A DNA stretch of 64,000 nucleotides from a virus (Duplodnaviria > Caudoviricetes), in IMG/VR virus record IMGVR_UViG_3300029305_004466; one strand, 5' to 3'. The notes under the pieces are model-generated. The model did not search any database. It was given only the letters and a program-made list of their open reading frames with translations, and was not told the DNA's origin. Positions 39,326 through 50,651 of the stretch are shown here, piece by piece. The first letter of the stretch is position 1; each line of letters starts with the position of its first letter. Both the position numbers and the translations under genes were made by a program.

Positions 39326-39623
39326 CATGCTAGATAAGCAAGAGATGGAAATCATTGTGAATATGATATGTGAAAAACAAACTTCGCTTATCAAAAAGCA
39401 CAAATATGATTCTGAAGAGTATATAAAGCTGGAGCAAATAAAGGTAAAATTGAGAGATGCGTTAACTGAAATAAGGATGAGTACCCCAATTAACCCGTTT
39501 GCATAGCTTTTTTAATCCCTTCGGGATTTTACTAGTTCTTAATACACTATTTTTACATTAATTTTACACTAAATGAAGATTATGCTATACTTACTATATA
39601 AAAATATAGGAAGGATGATAGCT

Positions 39624-40481
39624 ATGTCTAGTGAATCCAAAAGACAAGCAATTGTTGACAAAGGATTATCACGTAAGGGTAAAAACCAATATACCCAAGG
39701 TTCCAAGCGTACTCAGGTTGGTTCTGGTTATGGTGATTGCTCTTCAACTGTAAGATGGTGTTATCAACAGATTTTAGGAATTGATATTGGACTTAATACA
39801 GAAGCTCAAATCAAATCTAAGAAATTAAAAGATGTTGAAGTACCAATTAAAAATGGTGTACCAGATGAATCTTATCTCAGAAAAGCGGATTTATTGTATT
39901 TTAGAGGTAATGATACATCAAGAACTAAGGGCGTTGGTCACGTTGAAATGTATATAGGAAATGGTAAACTCCTTGGGCATGGAGGCGGTACTGGACCAAC
40001 AGAGAAGAAACTGGTAGGCTATTGCCAATCAATGCAAGGTACTAAATGTAATAATGGAAACAGAGGATTAATATGTGTTAGAAGAGCTATTGAAGATGAT
40101 GATAATAGCAAACCAAGCACACCTACTGTTAATACAGATAAGAAGGTTGAAAATGATGAAGACTTCTATACTGTAAAACCAAAAGATACTTTAGGTAAAA
40201 TTGCAAAGCAGTTTAAAACAACTGTAGACGAGCTCGCAAGAATTAACAACATCAAAAATAAAGATTTAATATACATAGGTCAAAAGATTCGTATCGTAGA
40301 TTATTCAACATTATTATCTGGATACAAGGGTCATTCGATTGTTGATGGGTTCCGTTTCAAGAAATTAGATTCATCTTTCAGTAACAGAAAGAAGTATGCT
40401 GAAAAAGTTGGAATCAAGAATTATGAAGGAACAGCATCACAGAACATAGAGTTGTTAAATCTCTTAGGAGCAAATAAGTAA
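39624..40481 (+). CDS. NlpC/P60 peptidoglycan hydrolase with LysM domain
   Basis: DCSS, GHVEMYIG, YTVKPKDTLGKIA...LIYIGQKI. Confidence 0.88.
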   Translation: MSSESKRQAIVDKGLSRKGKNQYTQGSKRTQVGSGYGDCSSTVRWCYQQILGIDIGLNTEAQIKSKKLKDVEVPIKNGVPDESYLRKADLLYFRGNDTSRTKGVGHVEMYIGNGKLLGHGGGTGPTEKKLVGYCQSMQGTKCNNGNRGLICVRRAIEDDDNSKPSTPTVNTDKKVENDEDFYTVKPKDTLGKIAKQFKTTVDELARINNIKNKDLIYIGQKIRIVDYSTLLSGYKGHSIVDGFRFKKLDSSFSNRKKYAEKVGIKNYEGTASQNIELLNLLGANK

Positions 40482-40537
40482 TAACACACCTTTATAGGGT
40501 GTTAAATATTTTTTCAAAGAAAAAGGAGAAAAGTACA

Positions 40538-41194
40538 ATGGAAACAACAAAAAACACAAACCCAATCGAGAACAATGTAGTAACCCTTACAGGCGAAATC
40601 GTATCTGAAGGCAGATTCAGTCATGATGTGTTCGGTGAAAAGTTTTACATCTATGACGTTAATGTTGCCAGATTAAGCGAACAGACTGATATTCTTCCTG
40701 TAACCATTTCTGAAAGATTATTAAATCTTGATGATTTAGCTATCGGTTCTAAGATTGCAGTAACCGGACAGTTCCGTTCTTACAACAAGCACGAAGAATC
40801 ATTCAACCGTCTCATTCTTTCCGTGTTTGCACGTACTGTTGACATCTTAACTGAGGAAACCGATGAAAAGGATGCTAACAGCGTAACTTTAAGAGGTTTT
40901 GTCTGCAAGAAACCAAGTTATCGCAAGACTCCATTAGGAAGAGAAATTTCTGATGTATTATTAGCGGTTAATCGTCCATATGGTAAGAGCGATTATATTC
41001 CATGTATCTGCTGGGGTAGAAACGCCAGATTTGCTGATAACTTTAATGTAGGCGATGAAGTTATCATGCATGGTAGAATTCAGAGCCGTACTTATGCTAA
41101 GAAGATTTCCGAAACAGAGACTGAAAACAGAACAGCATACGAAGTATCTGTATCTAAGATTGAGCTCTTAACAGAAAACTACGATGCAGAATAA
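40538..41194 (+). CDS. ssb: single-stranded DNA-binding protein, double-OB clostridial type
   Basis: RLSEQTDILPV, RKTPLGREI, SDYIPCICWGRNA, GRIQSR. Confidence 0.88.
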   Translation: METTKNTNPIENNVVTLTGEIVSEGRFSHDVFGEKFYIYDVNVARLSEQTDILPVTISERLLNLDDLAIGSKIAVTGQFRSYNKHEESFNRLILSVFARTVDILTEETDEKDANSVTLRGFVCKKPSYRKTPLGREISDVLLAVNRPYGKSDYIPCICWGRNARFADNFNVGDEVIMHGRIQSRTYAKKISETETENRTAYEVSVSKIELLTENYDAE

Positions 41195-41375
41195 GAACGA
41201 TGACGAAGAACGGATATGTTCTAAGTCACCTACAATTGATGTTGCTGTGCAACGTAATTTAGCAGAAACAGCTAAAACAATGAATCCAATGCTTACACAG
41301 GAAGAAGCTAAACAGATACTTCTTGTGTATGCAATGGCGATTGACAGAATCTTAAAGGAAAATGATTTAGAGTAA
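41184..41375 (+). CDS. small hypothetical protein
   Basis: overlapping ORF, 63 aa. Confidence 0.45.
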   Translation: MQNKNDDEERICSKSPTIDVAVQRNLAETAKTMNPMLTQEEAKQILLVYAMAIDRILKENDLE

Positions 41376-41435
41376 AGTTATTACGGCTGTGTGAAAGCAC
41401 AGCCGTATAATTTCTCTGTAGAAAGGAACGTTATC

Positions 41436-43217
41436 ATGTTAACTGTAACACAATCTCAAGATGGGCAGTATTTATATATTAAGGCTCATTACTTTTATTC
41501 TGCTAGAATAAGAAATTTACCTTCTGCCACTTGGGACCCAAATAACAAGATATGGCAAATAAATTCATGTTATGCTCAGTACTTAGATAATGAGTTCCAT
41601 GATGAAATTTATTACAAGACTCCAAAATGGGTAATCTTTAAAACTCCAAAACCAGATTACTCTAAATTATATACTCTCGATAATAATATAGTAGCACCGC
41701 AGTTGAAACAACCATACAAATTATATGATTATCAGGAGTTTGGAGCAAAATTTGCAATTGATAGAATTAAAAAACATGGTTTTTGTATCATAGCAGACGA
41801 TGTAGGATTAGGTAAAACTCCTCAGGCAATCTCTGTACTTATGGACAAAGTTAATAGCGGTGCAAATAGAATTCTTATTATTTGTAAAAAGTCCATTAAA
41901 GCACAATGGAAAGAAGAAATCGAAAAATTTACCGATATCGGTTTGACATACGATATTCAGGTTACTGGAGATACCGCTAAAAAACGCCAGAAGGCTTATA
42001 CAGAGATTAAAAATTGTACACATGGAATTCTTATCACTAATTATCAAACCTTCCTAAATGACGAATTTAAGATTGATAATTTAGGTTTTGATTTCGTGAT
42101 TATTGATGAAGCACATGTAGTTAGTGGTTATAACACAAAAACTAACTCTGCAATCAGTAGAGTTGTAATGAATAAGCCTTGTTTATTCTTAACAGGAACT
42201 CCAGTAATGAATAAACCAGAACAGGTATATGGAATTGTAAACATTGCAAATCCATTTTACTTTGGCTCTTGGAAGGCTTTCAAATTAGAGTTTATTGTTG
42301 AGCAACTTCAGGGTAATTACATGGCTACAATCGGAGCTAAGAATTTATCTAAGCTTAGAAGTATGATTCAGGAAGTCATTATAAGACGTACAGAATATGA
42401 AGTAGCTGTGTCTTTGCCAAAAACAATTGAAATAAATGTTAACTGTCCTTTGGATGGCGTACAAACACAACTTATCTTTGAAATAAATAAAAAGAGAGAA
42501 GAATTGTTAGGACAGTTTGAAACATTAGCAGCACAATATAAAGTAAACCCTAATCAGTTCTTACAGGAAAAGATGCAACAGACTGATGCTCAGATTAAAG
42601 GATTAATCGCTGCTACGCAAGCAACAGCAGATGACCCTAGAATGTTTAGTATGTCTTCTTCTAATTACCTTAAAAAGAACTTCCTGCAATTTATCCCAGA
42701 TAACTATAAAGAATCATCAAAAATTGAAAGACTTGTGGATACTGTGGATAACATTGTGGATAGTGGTCATAAAGTAATCATATTCACTAAGTTCCGAACA
42801 TCTGCATTATTGATACAGGAACAGTTGCAGAAGGATTTAAAGATTAATTGCGTTTTATATACTGGTCAGGAAAATGATAATGTAAGAACACAAAATCTGA
42901 ATTCCTTTAAATATGATGATGATTATCCTGTACTGATAGGAACGGAAGCTATGGCTGAAGGTCTTAATATTACTCAGGCAAGATATGTTATTAATTTTAA
43001 TCTTCCAGATACAGCAGCTATTTATGTACAGCGTATCGGAAGAGTAAGGCGTGTATCAAGTACCTTTAGCAATGTTACAGTCTATAATTTATTAACAGAA
43101 GGTTCTAAAGATATGGAACGCTGGGATAATATAGAACGTAACAAAAACCTTGAAGGAGCATTAATTGACATTGATGAGGAACAGCGTAAGGTTTTGCTTC
43201 AACAAATGAATAATTAG
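41436..43217 (+). CDS. SNF2-family (DEAH) helicase/translocase
   Basis: ADDVGLGKT, DEAH, LTGTP, EGLNI, QRIGRVRR. Confidence 0.92.
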   Translation: MLTVTQSQDGQYLYIKAHYFYSARIRNLPSATWDPNNKIWQINSCYAQYLDNEFHDEIYYKTPKWVIFKTPKPDYSKLYTLDNNIVAPQLKQPYKLYDYQEFGAKFAIDRIKKHGFCIIADDVGLGKTPQAISVLMDKVNSGANRILIICKKSIKAQWKEEIEKFTDIGLTYDIQVTGDTAKKRQKAYTEIKNCTHGILITNYQTFLNDEFKIDNLGFDFVIIDEAHVVSGYNTKTNSAISRVVMNKPCLFLTGTPVMNKPEQVYGIVNIANPFYFGSWKAFKLEFIVEQLQGNYMATIGAKNLSKLRSMIQEVIIRRTEYEVAVSLPKTIEINVNCPLDGVQTQLIFEINKKREELLGQFETLAAQYKVNPNQFLQEKMQQTDAQIKGLIAATQATADDPRMFSMSSSNYLKKNFLQFIPDNYKESSKIERLVDTVDNIVDSGHKVIIFTKFRTSALLIQEQLQKDLKINCVLYTGQENDNVRTQNLNSFKYDDDYPVLIGTEAMAEGLNITQARYVINFNLPDTAAIYVQRIGRVRRVSSTFSNVTVYNLLTEGSKDMERWDNIERNKNLEGALIDIDEEQRKVLLQQMNN

Positions 43218-43225
43218 GAGGTATT

Positions 43226-43615
43226 ATGAGAAGAGAAACTATGTCATTTAAAAGAAGAAGAAAAACAATGACAATAATGTATATTGCGTATATATTGTTA
43301 TTGGTAATAATGGGCGTAGGTATTAGCTCAGTAATAACCTTTAATGACCATGAATATACAGTCACTATCACAGATAAGGATAGAGTCATTACCAGTGACT
43401 CTTCCAAATATCTTGTGTATACAGAAGACATACATGGTAATACCATGGTGTTTGAAAATACAGACTGTGCTATGAGATTGAAATTTAATAGTTCCAATAT
43501 TCAAGGTCAATTAAAGGTTGGTCATACATATAAAGTAACAGTAATAGGTTATAGAGTACCTTTCTTTAGTATGTATGAAAACATTTTAAAAATACAGGAG
43601 GTCAATAATGGATAA
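43226..43615 (+). CDS. membrane-anchored hypothetical protein (DUF1523-like)
   Basis: TM segment, then VFENTD...KFNSSNIQGQL...GYRVPFFSMYENI. Confidence 0.7.
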   Translation: MRRETMSFKRRRKTMTIMYIAYILLLVIMGVGISSVITFNDHEYTVTITDKDRVITSDSSKYLVYTEDIHGNTMVFENTDCAMRLKFNSSNIQGQLKVGHTYKVTVIGYRVPFFSMYENILKIQEVNNG

Positions 43616-44030
43616 CACAAACAAAGAAATTGACTGGATGATTCATTATGTAAGTAATAAGTTTTGTGCTTGCTGTAATCCAGAGGAAAGCCCTATCAGT
43701 TTTCCGTTATTTGCAAATGTTCACACTCATGGTCTGAATAGATACGGACATCAAGAGTTATGTATTCCACTTGAATTAGATTTTGAAATAGCTTGTGGAA
43801 TCTTAAATCAGTGTGGATTAAAAATCAAATATGATGGCGTAAAATATGCACCGGGAAAATGTGATGATGTCATTAAAGATTTTCCGGTGCTTTTTCATGA
43901 ATTTCCAGATTCGGATAAGTTATACATGATTATGCCAGACCCTAATGGGAAATTCCCAGATGATGAAGACTGTGAATTCCCATATAATAAGCAGTTAATT
44001 TATGCTCAGATTATCGAAGAAGACAAATAA
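43608..44030 (+). CDS. hypothetical protein
   Basis: NVHTHGL..GHQEL...PDPNGKFP. Confidence 0.7.
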   Translation: MDNTNKEIDWMIHYVSNKFCACCNPEESPISFPLFANVHTHGLNRYGHQELCIPLELDFEIACGILNQCGLKIKYDGVKYAPGKCDDVIKDFPVLFHEFPDSDKLYMIMPDPNGKFPDDEDCEFPYNKQLIYAQIIEEDK

Positions 44031-44050
44031 AGAAAGAAGAGGGAAAAATA

Positions 44051-44818
44051 ATGAGTAAGAAAAATACAAATAAGGCAATCGAAGTAGAAGTAATTGAAAC
44101 AGCTGTAGAAGAAACTGTTGTAGAAGAAACAACACAGGTAGCAACTTTAATGCCAGACGTTTTTAAGGATATTGATTTCTCAGGCTTAAATAAGACTATT
44201 ACAGCTCTTGGTAGTTCCAGTAAGCAGCTGGACGAAAAAGAAAAGAAGGCAGCTGTTGAAGCAATTAAGGTTTGGGAAGAAAGCGTTATCGAAAGAATTC
44301 AAGAAAAGAAATATGAGGCAACTCAGTTCCTGAATACTTTAAGTATTGAATCGAATACAATGTGCTCTTATGGCACACAGGACGAAGAATTCGAAACATT
44401 GGTTAATGCAGTGGGATTGCAGGCTCTTTATGAAGATTATTTGCATAAAGTAGACGCTATTGAAATGCACAAAACAGAATCTCCTGAATATCCTGAAATT
44501 GATGAGCTAAACATGACTTTAAAAGAACAGTTAACATTAAAGAAGGATTACGATTTAGCTAATGCTATTTATTGCAAAGAACATGAAAAGCTTAAAAGAG
44601 ATGCTTACAATGCTATGCGTAAATTAAAGGTAGACCTCAACGCAGATGAAAGAGTTCAGGAATTAGTTAAGCGATTAAAGAAATACGAAAAAAATACTTC
44701 CACTTTTATTAACCAGTGTAAAGAAAAATCTCAGCTGGCAAAGATTAGCGTATCCATTACATCTGAAAGCGTTAGAGATTCTCTGAAGGAGTTATTGAAC
44801 TTTTCTATTTCTATTTAA
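44051..44818 (+). CDS. coiled-coil hypothetical protein
   Basis: 255 aa ORF. Confidence 0.75.
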   Translation: MSKKNTNKAIEVEVIETAVEETVVEETTQVATLMPDVFKDIDFSGLNKTITALGSSSKQLDEKEKKAAVEAIKVWEESVIERIQEKKYEATQFLNTLSIESNTMCSYGTQDEEFETLVNAVGLQALYEDYLHKVDAIEMHKTESPEYPEIDELNMTLKEQLTLKKDYDLANAIYCKEHEKLKRDAYNAMRKLKVDLNADERVQELVKRLKKYEKNTSTFINQCKEKSQLAKISVSITSESVRDSLKELLNFSISI

Positions 44819-44838
44819 GGTTAAGATAGGAGTTACAA

Positions 44839-45789
44839 ATGAACAATGATAATAGATTACATTACTTTCTTTCCAAACCTGAACAAGAATATTATTGTTT
44901 ATATTATTCTATATTAAGACTGGAAAAAGTTAATGGTTGTGAAGAAATTGTATCTGAATTAACAAAAAAGCTTGAAGAATTATTTGCCAATGTTCCAGAA
45001 CATGAATGTGTAAAGGAACTTGATAACTTGATTTATTATGAAAATGGTTTAATTGAAAGAAGGGGAGACTACGGAGGTGTTATAGCCTCCCCTTGGAAAT
45101 CTACTGTTGTAATAAAAGAGCCAACAGCAAAAAAGCAAAAGCCAAAGAAACATTCGTTTTATTATTTAAAGTACCAGCTAAAAAGAGGTCAGCGTTATAG
45201 TCGTTATTATGATACAGTCAGATTGGGTATATCCTTATTTTATCAGATGCGTTTATATAACAAATCAAGTATAGCATATAGTAAGCTTAAAATTGATTTC
45301 GTAAGTTTCCTCAAAAAGGCTGAAGCTTTTACAATGCTTTCAAAAGAAGAAAGAATGTTAACTGGAATTTATTTTCCGTTAGAAAGCATGTACAAGATAT
45401 TCCACGAATTAAAAGAATTTTTAGGTGAAGGTAATTATTTTTCAGATGCTCAATGTGAAGACATAATGCTGATATATGATACCTTTCCAGATAAAGATAT
45501 CGCAGAAAGTTGGCGAAGCAATGAACTCACTGAAAATTGTGATAAGTATTTGAGAAATAGTACCTTATACAACATTGGTAAAGATTTTAATAAAGTAAAT
45601 AAGTACATTAACAACCTTAATAAAACTGATGACTTATTTTATGAAAAAATCATTAATTGTTCTGTAGAAGTATACAAAGAATTGTATAACATAAAGGAAA
45701 CAAACATGAGAACATTGTTGTTAAAGCTTGGAATAATCGAAGAAGGTTATATACCATTTGATAATTCATCAGAAAAAGCAAGTGAATAA
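44839..45789 (+). CDS. hypothetical protein
   Basis: 316 aa ORF. Confidence 0.75.
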   Translation: MNNDNRLHYFLSKPEQEYYCLYYSILRLEKVNGCEEIVSELTKKLEELFANVPEHECVKELDNLIYYENGLIERRGDYGGVIASPWKSTVVIKEPTAKKQKPKKHSFYYLKYQLKRGQRYSRYYDTVRLGISLFYQMRLYNKSSIAYSKLKIDFVSFLKKAEAFTMLSKEERMLTGIYFPLESMYKIFHELKEFLGEGNYFSDAQCEDIMLIYDTFPDKDIAESWRSNELTENCDKYLRNSTLYNIGKDFNKVNKYINNLNKTDDLFYEKIINCSVEVYKELYNIKETNMRTLLLKLGIIEEGYIPFDNSSEKASE

Positions 45790-45855
45790 ACGCTTGCTGT
45801 AAAAAATATTAAACCCATTCGGGTTTTTTATAGATTATTATAAGGAGGTTTAGAA

Positions 45856-46632
45856 ATGGTAATACATGACATTGATTTCTCTTGTCCACATGATGAATTC
45901 ATGGACGGCTTGAGAGATTTCTTAAACAACTGGGGAAATAACAATATGAAAGCTACTTCAGTTGAGAATGCCACAAAGAACGGTAGATATATGTATAAGA
46001 TTGAAGTCACCAATAATGATGACAACAATATTACCACAATGGTATTTGAAAAGAATGCCAATAATGGTGACATTATCTTCGTCCCAAGTGGATTTGGTAG
46101 TTTTGGTGGAACATTCCACAAGACAGAACATCTTCAGGATGATATAAAGGGTGGTGCAGATGATACGTCTATGGCATTTCTTGATTATCTTGAAAAGATA
46201 GCAAAGGAAAAGAAAGGTAAATTCGTTGCTAAGAACAACCATGGTGGTATTGTTTGTATTGTAAACGGTAATAGCAAAACCGCAAAGGAATGTGTAGTAG
46301 ACAGTAATGGCAGTGTTTACGGTTCCAAAGAAGTAAAGTCCGTTTCATTATTGGATGGCAGTGCATCCAGTCAGGTAAATTTTAACACCAAGATTGGTGA
46401 CTGGAACAAGCAAAGAAAGCTTGAAGACCCAGAATTCGCCAGAGTATTAGGCGATGCAAGTATGTCTATGACAGATAAAATGCATTATATCGGTAAGTAT
46501 GTAATGGAACTTAAGCTTAACGATGAAATCGAATCAGAAGAATTTAAGGATGTCTTTGTTCAGGCAGGTTTATTTACTTCTGGTTTCAGTAACAACAAAA
46601 CATTAAGCATGATGTACAAATTATTAAATTAG
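45856..46632 (+). CDS. hypothetical protein, first gene of the MoxR/VWA operon
   Basis: AGGAGG RBS downstream of hairpin motif at 45811. Confidence 0.75.
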   Translation: MVIHDIDFSCPHDEFMDGLRDFLNNWGNNNMKATSVENATKNGRYMYKIEVTNNDDNNITTMVFEKNANNGDIIFVPSGFGSFGGTFHKTEHLQDDIKGGADDTSMAFLDYLEKIAKEKKGKFVAKNNHGGIVCIVNGNSKTAKECVVDSNGSVYGSKEVKSVSLLDGSASSQVNFNTKIGDWNKQRKLEDPEFARVLGDASMSMTDKMHYIGKYVMELKLNDEIESEEFKDVFVQAGLFTSGFSNNKTLSMMYKLLN

Positions 46633-46642
46633 GAGGCTATTT

Positions 46643-47992
46643 ATGAGCGAAGCAGCTAACAACATTTTTGAAGGTTTTGAAGAATTATTCAATGATTTAG
46701 GTAATCCGGCAACATCTGCCGAGGCGGAACAGGGAGTAACAGCTCAGCCTGTCGCTGTTGCTAATAGCAGCGTTGAAATCGAAAACACAAATAATTCCAA
46801 TTTGGTTCCGGGAGCTCAGGCAAAGCTCACCATGATTAAGAGAGAATTAAATGATTTATTCATGGAAAGAGATAACGTTATTGACTGTATGTTATATGCC
46901 CTTGTTTCTGGTCAGTCTTTACTTATGCTTGGTAATCCGGGTACAGCTAAGAGTGCTATCACTTATGAAATGTGTAACCGTATTGAGAACGGCAAGTATT
47001 TCCAGTGGATGTTAAATAAGACTTCCGACCCATCTGAACTGTTAGGACCATATTCCATCAAGGAAATGGAAAACGATAAGTTCATGAGAATTACAACAGG
47101 TAAGCTTCCAGAAGCACACATCGCCTTTATTGATGAATGTTTTAAGGCGAATGCACCTGTATTAAACATTCTGTTACCAATCATGAATGAAAAGATTTTC
47201 TACAATGACGGTAAGCCAAACAACATTCCGTTAATGACTATGATTGGTGCTTCAAATGAAGGTCCAGAAGACGAATCCCTTGCAGCGTTCTATGATAGAT
47301 TCTTATTCAGAATCAATGTTCATTATGTAAAGGATGCCGCTAACAAGAAGCGTATGTACACAAACTACATCAACAATCGTAGAGGTCTTAACAATCTTGC
47401 AGGTAAGACAACTATTACTATTGATGAATTAAAGGCTCTTGCTGAAGCAAGTAAGCTTGTTCCTGTTCCAAAGGAAATCATCAATAAGTTCATCAAGTTC
47501 ATCAATGATTTGGAAAAGCAGTCCATTCATGTTTCCGACAGAAGACAGAATGAATGTCTTAAGATTTTACAGGCATCTGCTGTTGTACATGGTAGACAGC
47601 AGGTTGGTATTGATGATTTCAAGTCCTTAATCTATGTATTGTGGGACAAGGAAGAACAGATTCCGTTCATCGAAGCTACTATCACTAAGATGATTAATCC
47701 ATATGATGACCAGTTTAAGCAGTTTACAGACAGCTTTAACAGCATTAAGAAGGACATTGATAACTGCACAGACGAAAATGAAAAGTCTGCTAAGTCTCTT
47801 GAAGCAAAGGGTAGCATCGAAAAGCTTACTTCTAAGTTGAACAAGCTTATCAATGAAGCTTCTAAGAATGGTAAGGATATCACAGATTTCGCTAAGTTCA
47901 GAGACGAAATGGTAGCATATTCTAACAAGGTTGTTCAGGATGCTCTCGGTGCTTCTCTGGGTATCTCCAGTGATGGGAGCGACTTATTCTAA
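46643..47992 (+). CDS. MoxR/RavA-like AAA+ ATPase
   Basis: GNPGTAKS Walker A, FIDECFKAN Walker B, GASNE, AFYDRF. Confidence 0.92.
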   Translation: MSEAANNIFEGFEELFNDLGNPATSAEAEQGVTAQPVAVANSSVEIENTNNSNLVPGAQAKLTMIKRELNDLFMERDNVIDCMLYALVSGQSLLMLGNPGTAKSAITYEMCNRIENGKYFQWMLNKTSDPSELLGPYSIKEMENDKFMRITTGKLPEAHIAFIDECFKANAPVLNILLPIMNEKIFYNDGKPNNIPLMTMIGASNEGPEDESLAAFYDRFLFRINVHYVKDAANKKRMYTNYINNRRGLNNLAGKTTITIDELKALAEASKLVPVPKEIINKFIKFINDLEKQSIHVSDRRQNECLKILQASAVVHGRQQVGIDDFKSLIYVLWDKEEQIPFIEATITKMINPYDDQFKQFTDSFNSIKKDIDNCTDENEKSAKSLEAKGSIEKLTSKLNKLINEASKNGKDITDFAKFRDEMVAYSNKVVQDALGASLGISSDGSDLF

Positions 47993-48122
47993 TACGTACA
48001 AGTATAAGATTAAATATTCTTTAGACGAATTAAAAGTAGCTTTCCAAAAAATAGATAGTGCGATAGGGGCGTTAGACCCTAATGACCCCTATTTCACTGC
48101 AATATAGAAAAGGAGATAAACC

Positions 48123-49982
48123 ATGGGTGATGATGAATTATTTGATGATGATTTGTTTGACGACTTAGAAGATTTGGAAGACGATTATGACGGGTCTGCA
48201 AGCACTGATTCATTACATCAGACTGGTACAAGTGCTTTAGCAAGTAAACACGGTCTGGGCGGTTTTGAAAACATGACTGAAAAAGACATGGAAGATTTCA
48301 AAAACTCAGATGAATTCCAGAAATACAGTGCTGAAGTTGTTGGAACAGAACAGATTAAAGGCAATATGCAGGGTAAAACCGTACAGGAAATCTTAGGTCT
48401 TACCAGTATGAAACAGGCTATTAAACAGTCCTTTAATGCCTTTGAACATTATGATATCGACTTGGAATTCTTTCAAGATATCGTAGATACTTCACCAGTA
48501 ATGCAACAAACTATCGAAGAAGGTAATGAAATTTTACCTACATTCGAATATATGTATCAGGATATTTTCTTATCTTTGTATAAGTATAAAGCAAAACTGT
48601 TGCCAGAACACGAAATGCACATGTCTACAAGACTTAACAGAAAGTTCGCTGAGTGTTATCTGAATACACCAGAGTACATTAAATTAAGACAGACATGTAG
48701 ACTTGACCAGTTTAATGCTGCTCTTGGTACAGAAATTATTGGTAAGAAGCTTCTTAGTGTTGTAAGAGATGTAGTAAACAACATGAAAGAAGCAGAAGAA
48801 GCAAGACAGAAAATGCTTGAACTTATGAAGAAAGAACAGGAAATGGACGAACTCATTGAAGAAAATGAGGAAATGGATGAAATGTTACAGACATTACAGG
48901 CTAATGGCATGGGTAACAGTCAGCAGGCACAGCAGTTGCAGGCTCAGATGAACAGCAATATGGCAGCTAAACAGGCAATCCAGAAGATGGCTAATAAGAT
49001 TGCTGAAGAAATGGATGAACTTGTTCAGGAAGACGACCTTGCAAATGAGATTCATCAGAGAACAGGTAAGACATTTGATGAAGCATCTATGCAGGTTGCT
49101 GAAACATCTGATATGGTTGAAGCATGGGGTCTTGGCGAAGGAGAAAGATGTCGTGTATCTTATCAGAATAAGAAAGATGCTATCGAAAGAATTCGTAGGT
49201 CTTCTAAACTTAGAAAACTTACAGACCTTATTGGTAGATTTAAAGAATCCGCTATTACAGAGCAGAAAAAGAAAACCAAAAATGGTGCAGTAGAAATTGA
49301 ATCTGTTACTCTCGGTAATAAGATTGAAGATGTTTTACCATCCGAAAAGATGTTACTGTCTAATGAGGCAACCAAGAAAGATTTCTATAACAAGTATACT
49401 GAAAACCGTAACATGGTATATTCTAAGGAATCCAATAAGTCCAAGAATAAGGGACCTATTATCATTTGTTGTGATGAATCTGGTTCCATGGACGGTGACA
49501 GAGAAACATGGTCAAAGGCGTTTACCATGGGTGTACTTGAAATTGCTCAGATACAGAAAAGAGATTTCGCATTTATTGCTTATGACAGCAGAGCAAATGA
49601 CCCTATTATTATTAAGAAGGGTGAAGTATCTCCAGACAAGGTAATCACTATTTGTGAAGAATTCTTGGATGGTGGTACAAACTTTGAAGCTCCATTAAGA
49701 AAAGCATTGGAGCTCATTAAGAACTCTATATTTAAGAATGCAGATATTTTCTTCGTAACCGATGGTGATTGTGGCGTTTCTGATGGTTTTAAGAAAGAGT
49801 TCAAGAAGATAAAAGAAGAAAAAGAGTTTACATGTAAGGGAATTCTTGTAGACATGGGTGGTTATCGTTCTAGCGATTCCACATTGAGAGAGTTCTGCGA
49901 TGATGTTGTAAGAATCAGTAGCGTTGCAGACTTAAAGAATGGTGACTCTGAGGTTAATAAACAGTTATTCGGTTCCATCTAA
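48123..49982 (+). CDS. VWA-domain protein (ViaA-like)
   Basis: CCDESGSM MIDAS, GGTNF, VTDG. Confidence 0.9.
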   Translation: MGDDELFDDDLFDDLEDLEDDYDGSASTDSLHQTGTSALASKHGLGGFENMTEKDMEDFKNSDEFQKYSAEVVGTEQIKGNMQGKTVQEILGLTSMKQAIKQSFNAFEHYDIDLEFFQDIVDTSPVMQQTIEEGNEILPTFEYMYQDIFLSLYKYKAKLLPEHEMHMSTRLNRKFAECYLNTPEYIKLRQTCRLDQFNAALGTEIIGKKLLSVVRDVVNNMKEAEEARQKMLELMKKEQEMDELIEENEEMDEMLQTLQANGMGNSQQAQQLQAQMNSNMAAKQAIQKMANKIAEEMDELVQEDDLANEIHQRTGKTFDEASMQVAETSDMVEAWGLGEGERCRVSYQNKKDAIERIRRSSKLRKLTDLIGRFKESAITEQKKKTKNGAVEIESVTLGNKIEDVLPSEKMLLSNEATKKDFYNKYTENRNMVYSKESNKSKNKGPIIICCDESGSMDGDRETWSKAFTMGVLEIAQIQKRDFAFIAYDSRANDPIIIKKGEVSPDKVITICEEFLDGGTNFEAPLRKALELIKNSIFKNADIFFVTDGDCGVSDGFKKEFKKIKEEKEFTCKGILVDMGGYRSSDSTLREFCDDVVRISSVADLKNGDSEVNKQLFGSI

Positions 49983-50011
49983 TGGAACCGAATGATTTTT
50001 AGGAGGTTAAT

Positions 50012-50629
50012 ATGGATTTCAAGAAAATTATTATGAGTGCAAAAGACTTCATTAAGGACTTTTGTACAAAAATCATGTCAGCAGATATGGTTGACTCTGC
50101 TAAGCAGGTATACTTTTTAGATAACCAGAAGCAGATTAGAGAAACAATGGAAAACCTTAACAGTGTTAAGACTTATTTCGATAACCTTGGTATCGAACTT
50201 GAAGATGGTTCTGAAGAACAGCAGGCTTATGAAATGTGCTGTGGTCTTATGCAGAAGCTTACAAAAACGCTTACTGACTATAAGAACAGTCAGTCGGCTA
50301 TTAAAAATGATGTAACTGTAGAAGAAACAACTGCTGTTGTAACAGAAGAAACAATCGCTAATGCGGCTCAGAATAACTCTTCCACAAAGCAGATTATTAA
50401 GGATATGAACGAATTAAACGAAAAGGCAAGCGTTGCTCAATTGCAGGAATTCACTCATGCGATTTTTGCTGGAAAAAAACCGGGGGTGTACGTAAAAGCA
50501 ACAACGGTTCAGGAGTTAAATGCGTTCATAAACACAGTCGCAGAAGAAAATCCAAACGAAAAAATCACCGTATGTGAAGTAATCTTCAATCCGATTCCGT
50601 TAAAACGTAAGACCGTTTATACGGTATAA
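50012..50629 (+). CDS. hypothetical protein
   Basis: AGGAGG RBS. Confidence 0.75.
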   Translation: MDFKKIIMSAKDFIKDFCTKIMSADMVDSAKQVYFLDNQKQIRETMENLNSVKTYFDNLGIELEDGSEEQQAYEMCCGLMQKLTKTLTDYKNSQSAIKNDVTVEETTAVVTEETIANAAQNNSSTKQIIKDMNELNEKASVAQLQEFTHAIFAGKKPGVYVKATTVQELNAFINTVAEENPNEKITVCEVIFNPIPLKRKTVYTV

Positions 50630-50651
50630 AAATCATAAAGGAGGAATATAT